Below, piece by piece: positions 26,154-38,772 of a stretch of 64,000 nucleotides of DNA. The stretch lies in assembly GCF_004010195.1 (NCBI RefSeq), contig NC_057719.1:20484731-20548730 (forward strand). The letters are read 5' to 3'. Positions within the stretch are counted from its first letter, which is position 1; every line of letters starts with the position of its first letter. The notes beneath the pieces were generated by a model. The model ran no database searches, was not told where the DNA came from, and worked only from the letters and a program-made list of their open reading frames with translations. Source of the DNA: Chiloscyllium plagiosum (Eukaryota). The position numbers and the translations under genes were made by a program.

Positions 26154-27185
26154 TGTTACAGTTCCAGATGAGATACCTCAAATTATTATGTTCGTGGGTA
26201 AAGAGAGATAAATGGCCTCCTTTTGTACACTTCCACTAAGTTGTTTGCAACAATATTTATTGAAAAAAACCTATCTTTTTCCTTCTCCGTATCTTTCTCC
26301 CTGAACAAAATGAATCCAATCAATACAGACATTCTTGAGTTAAAAAAGTGTTTATTAATTACTAAAAATGAGAAGAATTAGTAATGCACACAAGTTTAAA
26401 ATAAGGTGTGAATTCAAGAACATAAAGGTACAAAATGAAACAGATATATAGATTAGTCTTTGAATTGTCCATGAGCAGTTAACAGCTGTACATTATAGCA
26501 ATTTTTGTTTAAGTAACCTATAGCGTTAAGGCTGACAATTGGTTTCAAGATCCTTAGTTTTGATATTGGTTAAGATTCTAATGGTTTGGTTCCTTTTGAC
26601 TATGACAGTCTTATTCTGTTGTCATGCTCCCTTTTGACCGATAGATATACTAGCTAGCTGACTGTAATCACTGTGAAAAATAAAGTACCTTTACCTGCCA
26701 TACAGGAGTGATTAAGGGATAGTTATCTGACTGCAACCATCATAGTATAGTAACACGAACCCAGAATGGTACAAATTAGAAGGTTTAACCCCACTAATAC
26801 GTTCCTGTAGAGTTGAAACTGTGATTTTTATTCCTCTATGCTTATGTATTTTTCAAAGGAATAAACATAAAATGCAACTATAGTTTGGGGCATAATCCTC
26901 AGGGAGTGTCTTAATTTTGAGCATTAGCCTCTCATTATCTTTGTAGCTATAAAATATCATGATTCAATCTGTTTTGACTTTCCTATTGCTTGATTGAAGT
27001 ATTATCATTTAAGTTTCCTTTGCAGAATTAGATGTGAAACTCTGTGGGTATTTGTCTACCCACAGCCAATTAATTTATGTCTACACCTATTTTTGAATAT
27101 ACCAGCCATCTCTTAAAGACCACTCTTAGAATTGCAAGTTAAAAATGTCCAAAGTTCTTCAGGATTCTGACCCATGGTCATAACA
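26154..27185 (-). mobile_element. Probable solo LTR
   Basis: TGTTA...TAACA termini. Internal block (TTTATT..ATGAGAAGAATTAGTAATGCA) shared with 36.9 and 59.1 kb. Confidence 0.55.
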
Positions 27186-28049
27186 CAGTCCAGGGACTTG
27201 GACACAGACAATCTGCCACTTGAACAAATCAATGTTAGGGAGCCTTAGGGTACATTACAGAGGCAAAGTAAATTTTGGAAATTGAAGACAACATGTTGAG
27301 TTTCAGAGTCGATAATAAATGTGAAATGGAAGCAACTTAACCTTTCAGGGCGTGAGAAAATTAACCAGGGGAGCACAAGGATGAATGCAGGAGTTATTTG
27401 AGTGATCTTCATCATTGTCCTGGACTTGATATGGGGACAGAGCACAACATTAGAAGAGGGAGGACAGGAAAAAAATGTGGCTGTAAGAACTGCTTCTTCT
27501 TTTGAGGTATTTTAGGTGTTAGAGGTGATTTTCTCAAATTCCAGGAGCAGCAATTACTGCTTTACATATTTTTGTATTGTTTTGGGACTTTGGGGAAAAA
27601 GGATCAAAACAATGGCACTTTTAAATGGAGGAAACCAGACAAAGGGCAGCAACTACATGGTCAGTGAGGGAGAGAGAGAAAGAAACCTACACTGCTAATT
27701 GACACAGCAGTTGAATTGCACAGTTACTACATTTGCTGTTTGAGTTTATGTATTTCTGGACATCGGATGGCATCCAGGAAAAAAATAACAAACAGCAAAA
27801 TTCACAGCTGACCTTGGAGGAACCGGTCTGGGAGAGTTCAGCACAGGAACAGATAAGTGTATAGTTTTTGACATGTAGCTTTGCTATAAGTCTACAGCAG
27901 TGAGTAGAGTGGGTTCGTTCTTGATTATGTGTTTTACTGAGATCTGTCTCGTGATTAAATTTAAAAAATATAAACCAGAAGTACTAAGTTGGCCTGGAGC
28001 ACTGTTTTTTGGAGCACTGCTTTTTAGAACAAAAAGACAGTGCTTTTTT

Positions 28050-28358
28050 TTAGATTAGCTTACTTACAGTGTGGAAACAGGCCCTTCGGCCCAACAAGTC
28101 CACACCGCCCCGCCGAAGCGCAACCCACCCATACCCCTACATGTAACCCTTACCTAACACTACGGGCAATTTAGCATGGCCAATTCACCTGACCTGCACA
28201 TCTGTGGACTGTGGGAGGAAACCGGAGCACCCGGAGAATACCCATGCAGACACGGGGAGAACGTGCAAACTCCACACAGTCAGTCGCCTGAGGCGGGAAT
28301 TGAACCCGGGTCTCTGGCGTTGTGAGGCAGCAGTGCTAACCACTGTGCCACCGTGCCG
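28050..28358 (-). mobile_element. V-SINE inserted upstream of CR1 ORF1
   Basis: Near-identical reverse complement of 5115-5434. Confidence 0.92.
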
Positions 28359-28386
28359 TGGGTCAGTAGATTGTGAAGAAGCAAAG

Positions 28387-29291
28387 ATGGCCTTTAGTAG
28401 AGTGATGTGTTCTTCCTGTCAGATGAGGGAGTAGAGGGACAGTTTCCATGTTATGAATGATTATGTCTGCAGTATGTGTCTTTGGTTGTGAATCCTATCA
28501 TATCACATGGATTGGTTGAGCAGCGGTTAAAGGCAATGAGAAATTTACAAGAGCTAGGGTGTGTGATGGATGGCAGTTATAGGAAAGGAGAAAGGCCACA
28601 AATACATTCAGGTAGATGAGTTAACTCCAAGAAAGGTAGGAGGGGTAGGCAGGTAGTGCAGTAGTCTTCTGTGGTTATCCCCATTTCAAACAAGTACAAG
28701 TATGCTGTTTTGGAAAATGTAGGGGGTGATGGACCCTCAGCAGAATGTAGCACAAACAGCTAAGTTACTGGTATCTGATGTAATGAGGGGTATGTCGGTT
28801 TCTAAGTGATCGATTGTGATAGGTGTCTCTCTAATCAGAGGCACAGACAGACATTTCTGCAGGCAGCAGTGAAAAGTTAGGACGTTGTGTTGCCTCCCTG
28901 GTGCTAGGATCAAGGATATTTCTGAGAGGATGCAGAATGTTCTCAAAGGGGAGAGGGACCAACAGAAGGTCATTGTACACATTGGAACCAATGACATAGG
29001 AAGGGAAAAGGGAGAATATAGAAAATTAGGCAGGAATTTAAAAAGGAGGTCCTTGAGGATAGTAATATCTGGATTAGTTCCAGTGTATGAGATAATGAGG
29101 GTAAGAATAGGAGGATAGAGCAGATAAATGTGTGAGAATGCAGGGGAGAAGGGTTCACATTTTTGGATCATTGGAATCTCTTCTGGGGTAGAAGTGACCT
29201 GTACAAGAAGGACGGATTGCACCAGAATTGGAAGGGGACTAATATACTGGTGGGGAGATTTGCTCGAGCTGCTCAGGAGAATTTAAACTAG
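28387..29291 (+). pseudogene. CR1 ORF1 (CxxC..CxxC zinc finger and SGNH/GDSL-like esterase)
   Basis: MAFSRVMCSSCQM..DYVCSMC; IVIGVSLIRGTD; CCLPGARIKD; VIVHIGTNDIG; DGLH. Contains stops and frameshifts. Confidence 0.85.
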
Positions 29292-29423
29292 TAAGGTGGG
29301 GGGTGGGACCCAGGGAGTTAGTGAGGAAAGAGATCAATCTGAGGCTGGTACAGTTGAGAACAAGTTGTGTCAAACAGTCAGGGCAAGTAGGATCAAAGCA
29401 GAGAACAAGGTAGGACTGATAAA

Positions 29424-32420
29424 TTAAACTGCATTTATTTCAATGCAAGAGGCCTAACAGAGTAGGCAGATGAATTCAGGGCATGGTTAGGGACATGGGA
29501 CTGGGATATCATAGCAATTACAGAAACATGGCTCAGGGATGGGCAGAGCTGACAGCTTACTGTTCCAGGATACAAATGCTGTAGGAAGGATAGAAAGGGG
29601 GCAAGAGAGGACGGGTAGTGGTATTTTTGATATGGGATAGCATTACTGCTACACTTAGGGAAATATTCCTGGGAATACATCCAGGGAAATTATTTAGGTG
29701 GAATTGATAAATAAGAAAGGGCTGATCACCTGACTGGGATTGTATTATAGACTCCCTAACGGTCAGTGGAAAATTGAGAAACAAATTTGTAAGGAGAGTG
29801 CAGTTATCGATAAGAATATTAGGGTGGTTATAGTAGGGAGTTTTAACTTTCCAGACATAGTGTTAATGGTTTAGTTGGAGAGGAATTTGTTAAATGTGTA
29901 CAAGAAAATTTTCTGATTAAGTATGTGGATGTACCTACTAGAGAAGGTGCAAAACTTCACCTACTCTTGGGAAATAAGGCAGAGCAGGTGACTAAGGTGT
30001 CAGTGGAAGAGTACTTTGGGACGAGTGACCATAATTCTATTAGTTTTAAAATAGTGATGGAAAAGGACAGACTGGATCTAAAAGTTGAAGTTCTAAATAG
30101 GAGGAAGGCCAATTTTGACGGTATTAGGCAAGAACTTTCAAAAGTTGATTGAGGGCAGATGTTTGCAGATAAGACTAGATTAGATGACTTGCAGTGTAGC
30201 AACAGGCCCTTTGGCCCAACAAGTCCACACTGACCCTCTGAAGAGCAACCCACCCAGACCCATCACTACGGGCAATTTAGCATGGCCAATCCACACATTT
30301 TGGACTGTGGGAAGAAACCGGACCACTGGGAGGAAACCCACGCAGACACGGGGAGAATGTGCAAACTCTACACAGACAGTTGCCAGGTCTCTGGCAGTGT
30401 GAGGCAGTAGTGCTAACCACTGTGCCACCGTGCCGCCCGCTAGGTAAAGGGATAGCTGAAAAAGGAGAAGCATTCAGAAATGAGATAACAAGAGTCCAGA
30501 GAAAGTATATTCCTGTCAGGTTGAAAGGAAAGGCTGGTAGGTATAGGGAATGCTGGATGACTAAAGAAATTGAGGTTTTGGTTAAGAAAAGAAGGAAGCA
30601 TATGTCAAGTATAGACAGCAGAGATCAAGTGAATCCTTGAAAGGCAGTAGGAGTACACGTAAGAGGGAAATCAGGAGGGCAAAAAGGGGACATGAGATAG
30701 CTTTGGCTAATAGGATTAAGGAGAATCCAAAGGGATGTGATGAATACATTAAGGACAAAAGGATAACTCAGCAGAGAATAGGGTCCATCAAAGATCAGCA
30801 AGGCAGCTGATGTATGGAGCCGCAGGAGATGGGGGAGATACTAAACAAATATTTTGCATCAGTGTTTACAGTGGAGAAGGACATGGAAGATATAGAATGT
30901 CGGGAAATTGATGGTGATATCTTGAAAAATGTCCATATTACAGAGGAGGAGGTGCTGGTTATCTTGAAATGCATAAAAGTGGATAAATCCCCACGATCTG
31001 ATCAGATATGCCCTAGAACTCTGTGGGAAGCTAAGGAAGTGATTGCTGGGCCTCTTGCTGAGATGTCTGTATCATCGATAGTCACAAGTGAGATGCCAGA
31101 AGACTGGAGGTTGGCTAACATGGTGCCACTGTTGAAGAAAAGTAGTAAGGACAAGCCAGGGAACTATAGACCAGTGAGCCTGACATTGGTAGTGGGCAAG
31201 TTGTTGGAGAGAATCCTGAGGGACAGGATTTACATGTATCTGAAAAGACAAGGACTGATTAGGGATAGTCAGCATGGCTTTATGCATGGAAAATCATGTC
31301 TCATAAACTTGATTGAGTTTTTTGAAGAAGTAACAAAGAGGATTGACGAGGACAGAATGGTAGACATGATCTATACAGACTTCAGTAAAGCATTCAAAAG
31401 GTTCCTTATGGGAGGTTGGTTAGTAAGGTTAGATCCCATGGAATACAGGGAGAACTAGCCATTTGGATACAGAACTAGCTCAAAGATAGAAGATAGAGGG
31501 TGGTGGTTGAGTATTGTTTTTCAGACTGGAGGCCTGTGACCAGTGATGGGCAACATGGATCGGTGCTGGGTCCACTAGTTTTCATCATTTATATAAATGA
31601 TTTAGATGTGAAGATAGGAGGTAGAGATAGTAAGTTTGCAGATGGCACCAAAATTGGAGGTGTAATGTACAGCAAAGAAGGTCACCTCAGAGTACAGCAG
31701 GATCTTGATCAGATTGGCCAATGGGCTGAGGGATGGCAGATGGAGTTTAATTTAGATAAATGTTAGGTTCAGCATTTTCCAAAAGCAAATTAGAGCAGAA
31801 CTTATACACTTAATGGTAGGTCCTGAGGAGTGATGCTGAACAAAGAGACCTTGGAGTACATAGTTCCTTGAAATTAGCATCGCAGGTCAATAGGATAGTG
31901 AAGAAGACGTTTGCTATGATTTTCATTATTGATCAGAGCACTGACTATAGGAGTTGGGAGGTCTTGTTGCAGGTGTACAGGACATTGATTCAGCCACTCT
32001 TGGAATATTGCATACAATTCCTGTCTCCTTACTATCAGAAGGATGTTGTGAAACTTGAAAAGGTCGAGAAAAGATTTACAAGGATGTTACCGAGGTTGGA
32101 GGATTTGTGCAATAGGGAGAGGTTGAATGGATTGGGGCTGTTTTCCATGGAGCATCAGAGGTTGAGGGGTGACCTTATAGAGGTTTATAAAATCATGGGG
32201 GGCATGTATAGAATAAAAAGACAAGGTCTTTTCTCTGGGGTGGGGAATCCAGAACTAGAGGGCATAGGTTTCAGGTGAGAGGGGAAAGATATAAAAGGGA
32301 CCGAAGGGGCGGGTGGTGCGTGTATGGAATGAGTTGCCAGTGGAAGTGGTGGAGGCTGGTACTATTGCAGCATTTAAAAGGCATCTGGATGGGTTAATGA
32401 ATAGGAAGGATTTAGAGGGA
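29424..32420 (+). pseudogene. CR1 ORF2 (APE endonuclease and RT), disrupted
   Basis: LNCIYFNARGL, DIIAITETWL, FGTSDHNSI, NYRPVSLT, QHGF, KFADGTK, QPLLEYC. Confidence 0.9.
30176..30438 (-). mobile_element. V-SINE inserted in CR1 ORF2
   Basis: Homologous to 5115-5434. Confidence 0.9.
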
Positions 32421-33144
32421 TATGGGCCAAATGTTAGCAAATGGGACTCGATTAGGTTAGGATATCTGTTTGGAATGAATGAGTTGGACCAAAGGGTCTG
32501 TTTCCATGCTGTACAGCTCAATGACTCTAACCAAATGGTATGCATTGGATTTAAGGCATAAAATGGCGAGATAAACAGTTAAATCAAATATTGGGTGGGA
32601 ATGTTGGTAGGGACAAAGCTGATAGGGTTAACAGGGAGGGTAAGACAGAAAGGAACATGATGGTTTATGGACTCATTGAGACTGTGAGGCTGAACCTTTG
32701 ATTTGCTCCTGAATTGACTTCAATGCTCATCCAAATTGCAAGTGCACAACTGGAACTCAAAATAGCTGCCAATGCACCAGAGTGACTGGAGTAAGTGTTT
32801 ATTTTCTTCTGAGGGTTAAAGACATCTGTTATCAAATAAGTTTGCACGTGAACTTCATGCATTGACCGATTAAGTTGACTGAAAATCCTGACCATAATCA
32901 TGACCATATCATTCAACAATAAAACTAATCCTACAAACACAAATAATGACATGTGAACTGTAAAGGATTACCTTAATGATGAAAGTCACAATCACCTTCC
33001 AAGATTCCATGGCCTGCAAAGGTGGAGGAGCTGCTCATTTTACACCTTGAACTGTACAATGTATTTAAGTTACCTCTTCCACAGGTACAAAACAGATGTG
33101 TTGAACTGACTGAGATACTATCCTCCAGTCGCCAGTACCCCCAT

Positions 33145-33365
33145 GGAGTCAGTAAACTTGGTTGGCTGGATGGCTGATTTGCAACACAGAGTAACTGCCA
33201 ACAGTGCAGGTTCAATTCCTGTGCTGGCAGACATCACTGTGGAAGTCTAACCTTCCCAATCGTGTCCCTTGCCTGAGGTGCGGTAACCCTCAGGTCAAAC
33301 TGACACCAATTGCTTCTGTCTGTAATGAGGGAGCAGCCCTATTGTCCTCTGGGAGCATACTGCCT
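33145..33365 (+). mobile_element. Probable third tRNA-related SINE family, decayed
   Basis: Box B-like GGTTCAATTCC at ~33210, internal hairpin CCTGAGG..CCTCAGG. Confidence 0.4.
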
Positions 33366-33740
33366 TGATCTTTATCAAGAATTCAGAGTAACTCCACTCA
33401 AGCTGCCACGTGACTCTGCTGTTACCTAAATCGTGAGGCAGAAGAGGGAGTTGGTCCTGTTGACTAGTTTGGCAACAGCTTTGCCACAGTGAATTATGCA
33501 TGACATCGTCTTGTTCAGGAAGTTTACATATTCATTTCTGAAAGAACTTCAGTGACTCAACTACACTTGTCATGCCATTTAAAATCAGCAGACGTTCATG
33601 ATGAATAGATCAAATTAAAACTGTCCAAATTCAATTTCCCTGACATCTTTCGAAAATTCATCCTCTTTTAAAATACATTTATTTTCTCCGTGTGCATGTG
33701 CTTTGCCCAAGTCAACCAGCTCTGACTTTATCTGCTGGAG

Positions 33741-33783
33741 TCTGGATCAGTGGTGCTGGAAGAGGCAGCATCTGACGAGCAGC
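33741..33783 (-). mobile_element. PLE family A terminal fragment
   Basis: TCTGGATCAGTGGTGCTGGAAGAG is identical to 63485-63508. Confidence 0.7.
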
Positions 33784-34197
33784 TGGAGGTCAATCTCTTC
33801 TGGAAGATAAATCATCAGCTTCCATTGCTGTTGACTGCAGATAATTATATGAAGTACAATTATCAAATGATTCTCTTTCTCTTTAGTACTTGAAGGTCCA
33901 CCATATGTCATGCCAAAAATGTCCATGTGGAAAATTGAGAGCTTAAAGAATAGTGGAAAAATGTTGGGCAACTATTATTTTTAGTGCCTGCCTGATTCAA
34001 TACAAATAATAATTAATAAGTAATAAAATTACTGACTCAATGAAAATAGTAAGACTGGAAAGATGTTCTATTTGGTAAGATCTTTAGAGCTTATCTAATA
34101 TGTGGGTTACTGGAAGATGTTGATGGAAAGGAGAAGACTTGTACTGGATCAACATAACAGAGAAAGGATTCCTACATTCTTAGGTGTTGTAAAGGAG

Positions 34198-34243
34198 AAT
34201 TATCCATTTACTGTGAAATTAATTATCCATTTACTGTGAAATT
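34198..34243. repeat. 23-bp perfect tandem duplication
   Basis: AATTATCCATTTACTGTGAAATT x2. Confidence 0.95.
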
Positions 34244-36531
34244 TAAAGATAATACTTTGCTTAAATCAATGCTGTGCTGAGCTTTGTAAACAATGCTTTG
34301 ATGAAGGTTCGCAGTTCGCTTATCTCTGTTTGAATTCTGTAAACATTCAACTTGACCTTGTGATAGTCAAACTCAGCAAAAGCTGAATAACTGTTATGTC
34401 TAGGACCAAGGGATGAGAGGATAATAACTTGAGTTTCCCATGTCTCTGCCCTTGAGAGTGTGATAAGGAACGCTATAAGGTAGGCATCTGCGTAATTTTT
34501 CAGTACTTATTGCATTAAGGCATCTGGCTTGGTGTAATGAGTCAATCTTGCAAGGTTTTTAATAAAGACTCTTGCTAATTATTGAGTCAAGTCGATTTAA
34601 TTTCCACGACAATGTAGTACTGCAAACCTTATTGGTGGGAATTGAGAGGAAGAAGGAAGCTATATTTCCACAGGAAATCAAGGTGTAAGCAGGGATAGGA
34701 TTGGAATCAGGTCGCTAGGGAGATAAACGGTCAGACTCTGGTTCTTGGGTTGTCATGATCAGTGCATGTATCTTCTCGTGACACCTCCTCCTGACAATAC
34801 CACCAAGCATTCACTCTGCACAATTCATCATAGACCCATTGCTTATCTCCTGACAGTGAGATGTTTCACCTCACCCTCACATATGCATCAGTGTTGACAA
34901 CTTCAATCATGCCACATTATATCTTCATATATCTTCACCTGTCCAGAAATGGCAGGTGCACACCGTGATTCACTGGCATTATTCCCTTGCTTCTGCCCAC
35001 ATGCAGGAACAAGGAGCAGTGCAAAAACTTGGGGATGTTTGAGGGGTGTAGGTGTGATGGGGCAATGACAGACAGACATTCACCTTTTCCTTCTCAACTG
35101 GGTGACGTTTGGTTCTCAATTTGTTGCAGAAAAGATGATAGAATTTCATCTAGGAAATGGACAACTCCAAAGGCACAAAGCCATGTTAAGTGTAATATCC
35201 TTTGGATAAATCATGTGATTTAATATCACGTGACCAGATTTGTGAGCATATTATCAGATTTCATGTTGCTTGAGCATTGTGTGAACAGACTTCCAAGAAT
35301 ACTTCAACCAGAGTCAGCAATCATACTGAAGTCAGTTACTCACTAATGTAGCTTACATCCCATTGTTTCAGGGGGCCATACTGTGCTATTTTAATGTGTT
35401 ATACCACCATGCCATTAATCATTGATGTCCTGTTAACCATCACCTTGTTCTACAAGCCTCTTTGTGAAGCAATTTTTTTTTCAAATTCCAGTCGAAATCC
35501 AATCTAACCGATGATCATTTGTATCCATTATGACAAACCTCCCCCGTTGAGTAAAGGCTAACATGGATCAGCAGGGCTCTAATAATGTGATGGATTGAGC
35601 TCTTCTTAACTGCTGTCAATTCCATCGCACTTTATGGGCGACTTGGTCTAACAGCAGACCCGGTGGCAGGCTGCTGCATTAAGTATATGAGTCCATATGT
35701 CAGTCCACTCATGGAAATGAACTCAGACTTGTGATAGAACAGGTGGTACAGAGACAAGTTGACAAAATATGTCACACAATTAGCAAATGATAAGATGCAT
35801 GAACATGCTTTTTGAGAGCTGTGTATTTGACAGTGACGCAGTCAGAGAAACACTGACTTCTTTTACAATTCTAATGATATGATTTCCAATAATAAATGTT
35901 CCATATTGTAAAACAAGTTGTCTGCATACATTTGTTTTTGAAATCTGACGAACAGTGTTGAAAGCTATTTTGAATTCTTTGAAAGTTTAAGAATCACACA
36001 CTATAACATAACAGCGCCATTTGAAATGGATTCTTTCATGTCTTATTGTGCACATTAATCAATTCAGCATCAGGTAAGATGCAGTTTGGTTTAATGAAAA
36101 AATTACTTTGTTTTCTACACAAAATATCTCCTGCTGCATGTATTTCAGATTTTTAATTTGTGTGGAAGAGTTTTCAAGGGTGTCACGGAGAACAGATCTA
36201 AAAGGTAGGCAGAAGCTACTTCCTTTGTTTGCAATGTCTAAGAACAGGGAGCTGGGCGTAAAAATTAGAAACAGATCTTCCGTGATCGAAGGTAGAAAAT
36301 ATTTCTGTGTAAAAGGTGCAGAGTTTTAGAAATGGCAATTGATGCTAGATCAATTATAAGACTTAAACCCAAACTTGAAAGATTATGGTTAATGCAAAAA
36401 AGACAAACATGTGGTATTAGCTCAACAGTGTGCCAGTTTGTGAAGCATTCTCACCCCAGAATCGAAAGTTGTGGGTTCAAGTTCCATTCAAGGACATGAC
36501 CATAAGAACCATTGTTGAACTCCAATGCATT

Positions 36532-37540
36532 TGTTACAATTAGATTCTGAGTGAGGTTCCCCAATTCATCAGAGTCCCAGAATATCCCAAACTGTTTAAC
36601 CCTTGGGGAAGAAGAGATGAACTGGCTCTTCTTCTCTATTTACATACCCCCTTAGTTACAACAAGATTAACTATAAAAAGTCTTTTCCCATGTGCATAAC
36701 TTTCTCCTGAATCCAAATTAACTTCTGTTTTAACAAAGAGTTGATTTAACCAAGTTTTTAAAAGAAAACACTTAGGAGACGTGGTTTTAGCTTGCTAGGT
36801 CAGCACTTATAGCCCATCTTGACAAGGTGGTAGTGAGCTGCCTTCTTGAACCGTTGCAGTCCATTTGGTGAATTAACAAAAAGTGAGCTTATTAGTTACT
36901 ATACATGAGAAGAATTAGTAATGCAACACACATACACAGATTAGAAATAAGAGGTGATTCCAAAAGGATAAAAGTTGTAACAAAGATACAATTATCAGTC
37001 TTTGAATTATTCACAAAGATAGTTTGATGTTCTGGCTCTGATGTAGTGGACGATACGGGTAGCATTGATATTGGCAGGTGAACGGTAGGCTTCATGATCC
37101 TTAATTTTGAGATTTTGTAGTTCTGATGCCTTTCACCGCTCTTGAATTCCAGCATTCAGGATGGGAGTGAGTCCTTTGTTGTTCTGTTTCCATTCCAACT
37201 GGTTTGCAGCACTCAGAGCTAGGGAATTTCTTTACTTGCAACACAGCAGTAACAAGAACATAGTTCTTTGACTTTGACCATCACAGCACGCTAACATTCA
37301 AACCCAGATTGGAAGACAGAAGAACATTCAGTTCTACTCCAGTAAATTGTAACTCACTTTTATAACCCCCGTCCTCATGTATTCTTGAAATTGAAACAGA
37401 CAAAATGTATCTACAAATTGGGATATAATCTGTAGGGGGTGGCTTGTTATCAAACAGGGGTTTGTCAGCTCCTCATTATTTTTGTTGCTAAGTCTTTCTC
37501 TGATAGAAGTTTCCCTGATAAATGACATGTACAACATTCT
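36532..37540 (-). mobile_element. Probable solo LTR (same family as 26154-27185), right end uncertain
   Basis: Starts TGTTACA; shared block at 36878-36930. Confidence 0.5.
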
Positions 37541-37547
37541 ACTCACT

Positions 37548-37845
37548 TCATAGAATCCTTACAGTGTGAAGCAGGCCAGTCGACCCATCGAGTCCACACC
37601 TGCCCTCTGAAGAGCATCCGACCCAGACCAACCTAACTTCCTTAACACCCTGCATTTACCATGGCTAATCCACCTAGCCTGCACATGTTTGGACACTATG
37701 GGCAGCTTGATAGAAATTGCCTACCATGGGAGGAAACCAGAGCAACCAAAGGAAACCCACACACACACACATGGGGAGAATGTATAAACTCCACACAGAC
37801 AGTCCAGGAATCAAATCCAGCAGTGCTAACGGCTGCGCCAACATC
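37548..37845 (-). mobile_element. V-SINE, older
   Basis: Homology to 5115-5434. Confidence 0.8.
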
Positions 37846-37949
37846 ACAAAAGCAGATTATCTTGTCATTAGCATGTTGCCACTTATGGGATCTTCCTCTC
37901 AAGAAATTGACTACAGGATTAGTTATTATTAGTTATTACAAGAAATTAA

Positions 37950-38445
37950 TTCACAGGATGAGGGTGTCTCTGGCTAGGCCAGCATTTATCACCCATCTCT
38001 AATTGCACAGAGGGCAGTTAGAAGTCAACCACATTGCTGTAGATCTGGAGTCACATGTAGGCCAGACCAGGTCAGGATGGCAGTGTCCTTCCCTAAAGAA
38101 CATTAGTGAACCAGTAATTTATTTTTTCTGACCGTCAACAATGAATTCATGCTCATCATTAAACTCTTAATTCCAGAATTGTTTAAATTCCACCATCTGC
38201 CCTACAGGATGTGAACACCAGTCCCAAGAACATTAACAGTTTAAAGAGATTCTTCTGGTTCTGAACTCTGAAAACCAATTTAAAAAGAAGCAGTCCAACA
38301 AGAACACTTTCTCACCCAGAACGCTAGAAATCAAGAATGGTGCAAACTGTACAATGGTACAATGTTACAGACTCTCAGCTAATCTTCACAATTAAGCTGG
38401 TTTAACAGTCTAGCAATAATACCACTAGGCCATCGCCTTACCTCC
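37950..38445 (-). mobile_element. Second SINE family sharing its 3' end with the second LINE family
   Basis: Minus-strand end ATAAATGCTGGCCTAGCCAGAGACACCCTCATCC resembles the LINE end at 60794-60828. tRNA-like head GGCGATGGCCTAGTGGTATT. Confidence 0.7.
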
Positions 38446-38492
38446 ATTACAATGGTCATTTCACTTCGAAAGTGCCTATGGGTATTTTGAGA

Positions 38493-38772
38493 TGGGTGGC
38501 ATGGCGGCTCAGGGTTAGCATTGCAGCCTCACAGTGCCAAGTACCCAGGTTCAATTCCACCCTTGGGCGACTGTGTGGAGTTCATACATTCTCTCCATGT
38601 CTGTGTGGGTTTCTTCTAGATGCTCCGGTTTCCTCCCACAGTCCAAAGATGTGCAGGTTAAGGAGATTGGTCATGGCAAATGCAGGTTTACAGGATGGGG
38701 TGGGATGCTCTTCGAGGGGCAGTGTAGACTCAGTGGGCTGAAAGGCCTGCTTCCATACTGTAGGGATTCTAT
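38493..38772 (+). mobile_element. V-SINE
   Basis: Box B GGTTCAATTCC, V-domain, CR1-like tail. Confidence 0.85.

Larger units (their letters stand above)
27480..32528 (+). mobile_element. Near full-length CR1 LINE (5' boundary uncertain), with two SINE insertions
   Basis: ORF1 (zinc finger, esterase), ORF2 (APE endonuclease, RT), 3' UTR ending TGACTCTA. Confidence 0.9.

Noticed and set aside
38233..38409. TTAACAGT direct repeat as a TSD around an insert in the SINE
   Set aside because: Short and AT-rich; cannot be distinguished from SINE-internal sequence
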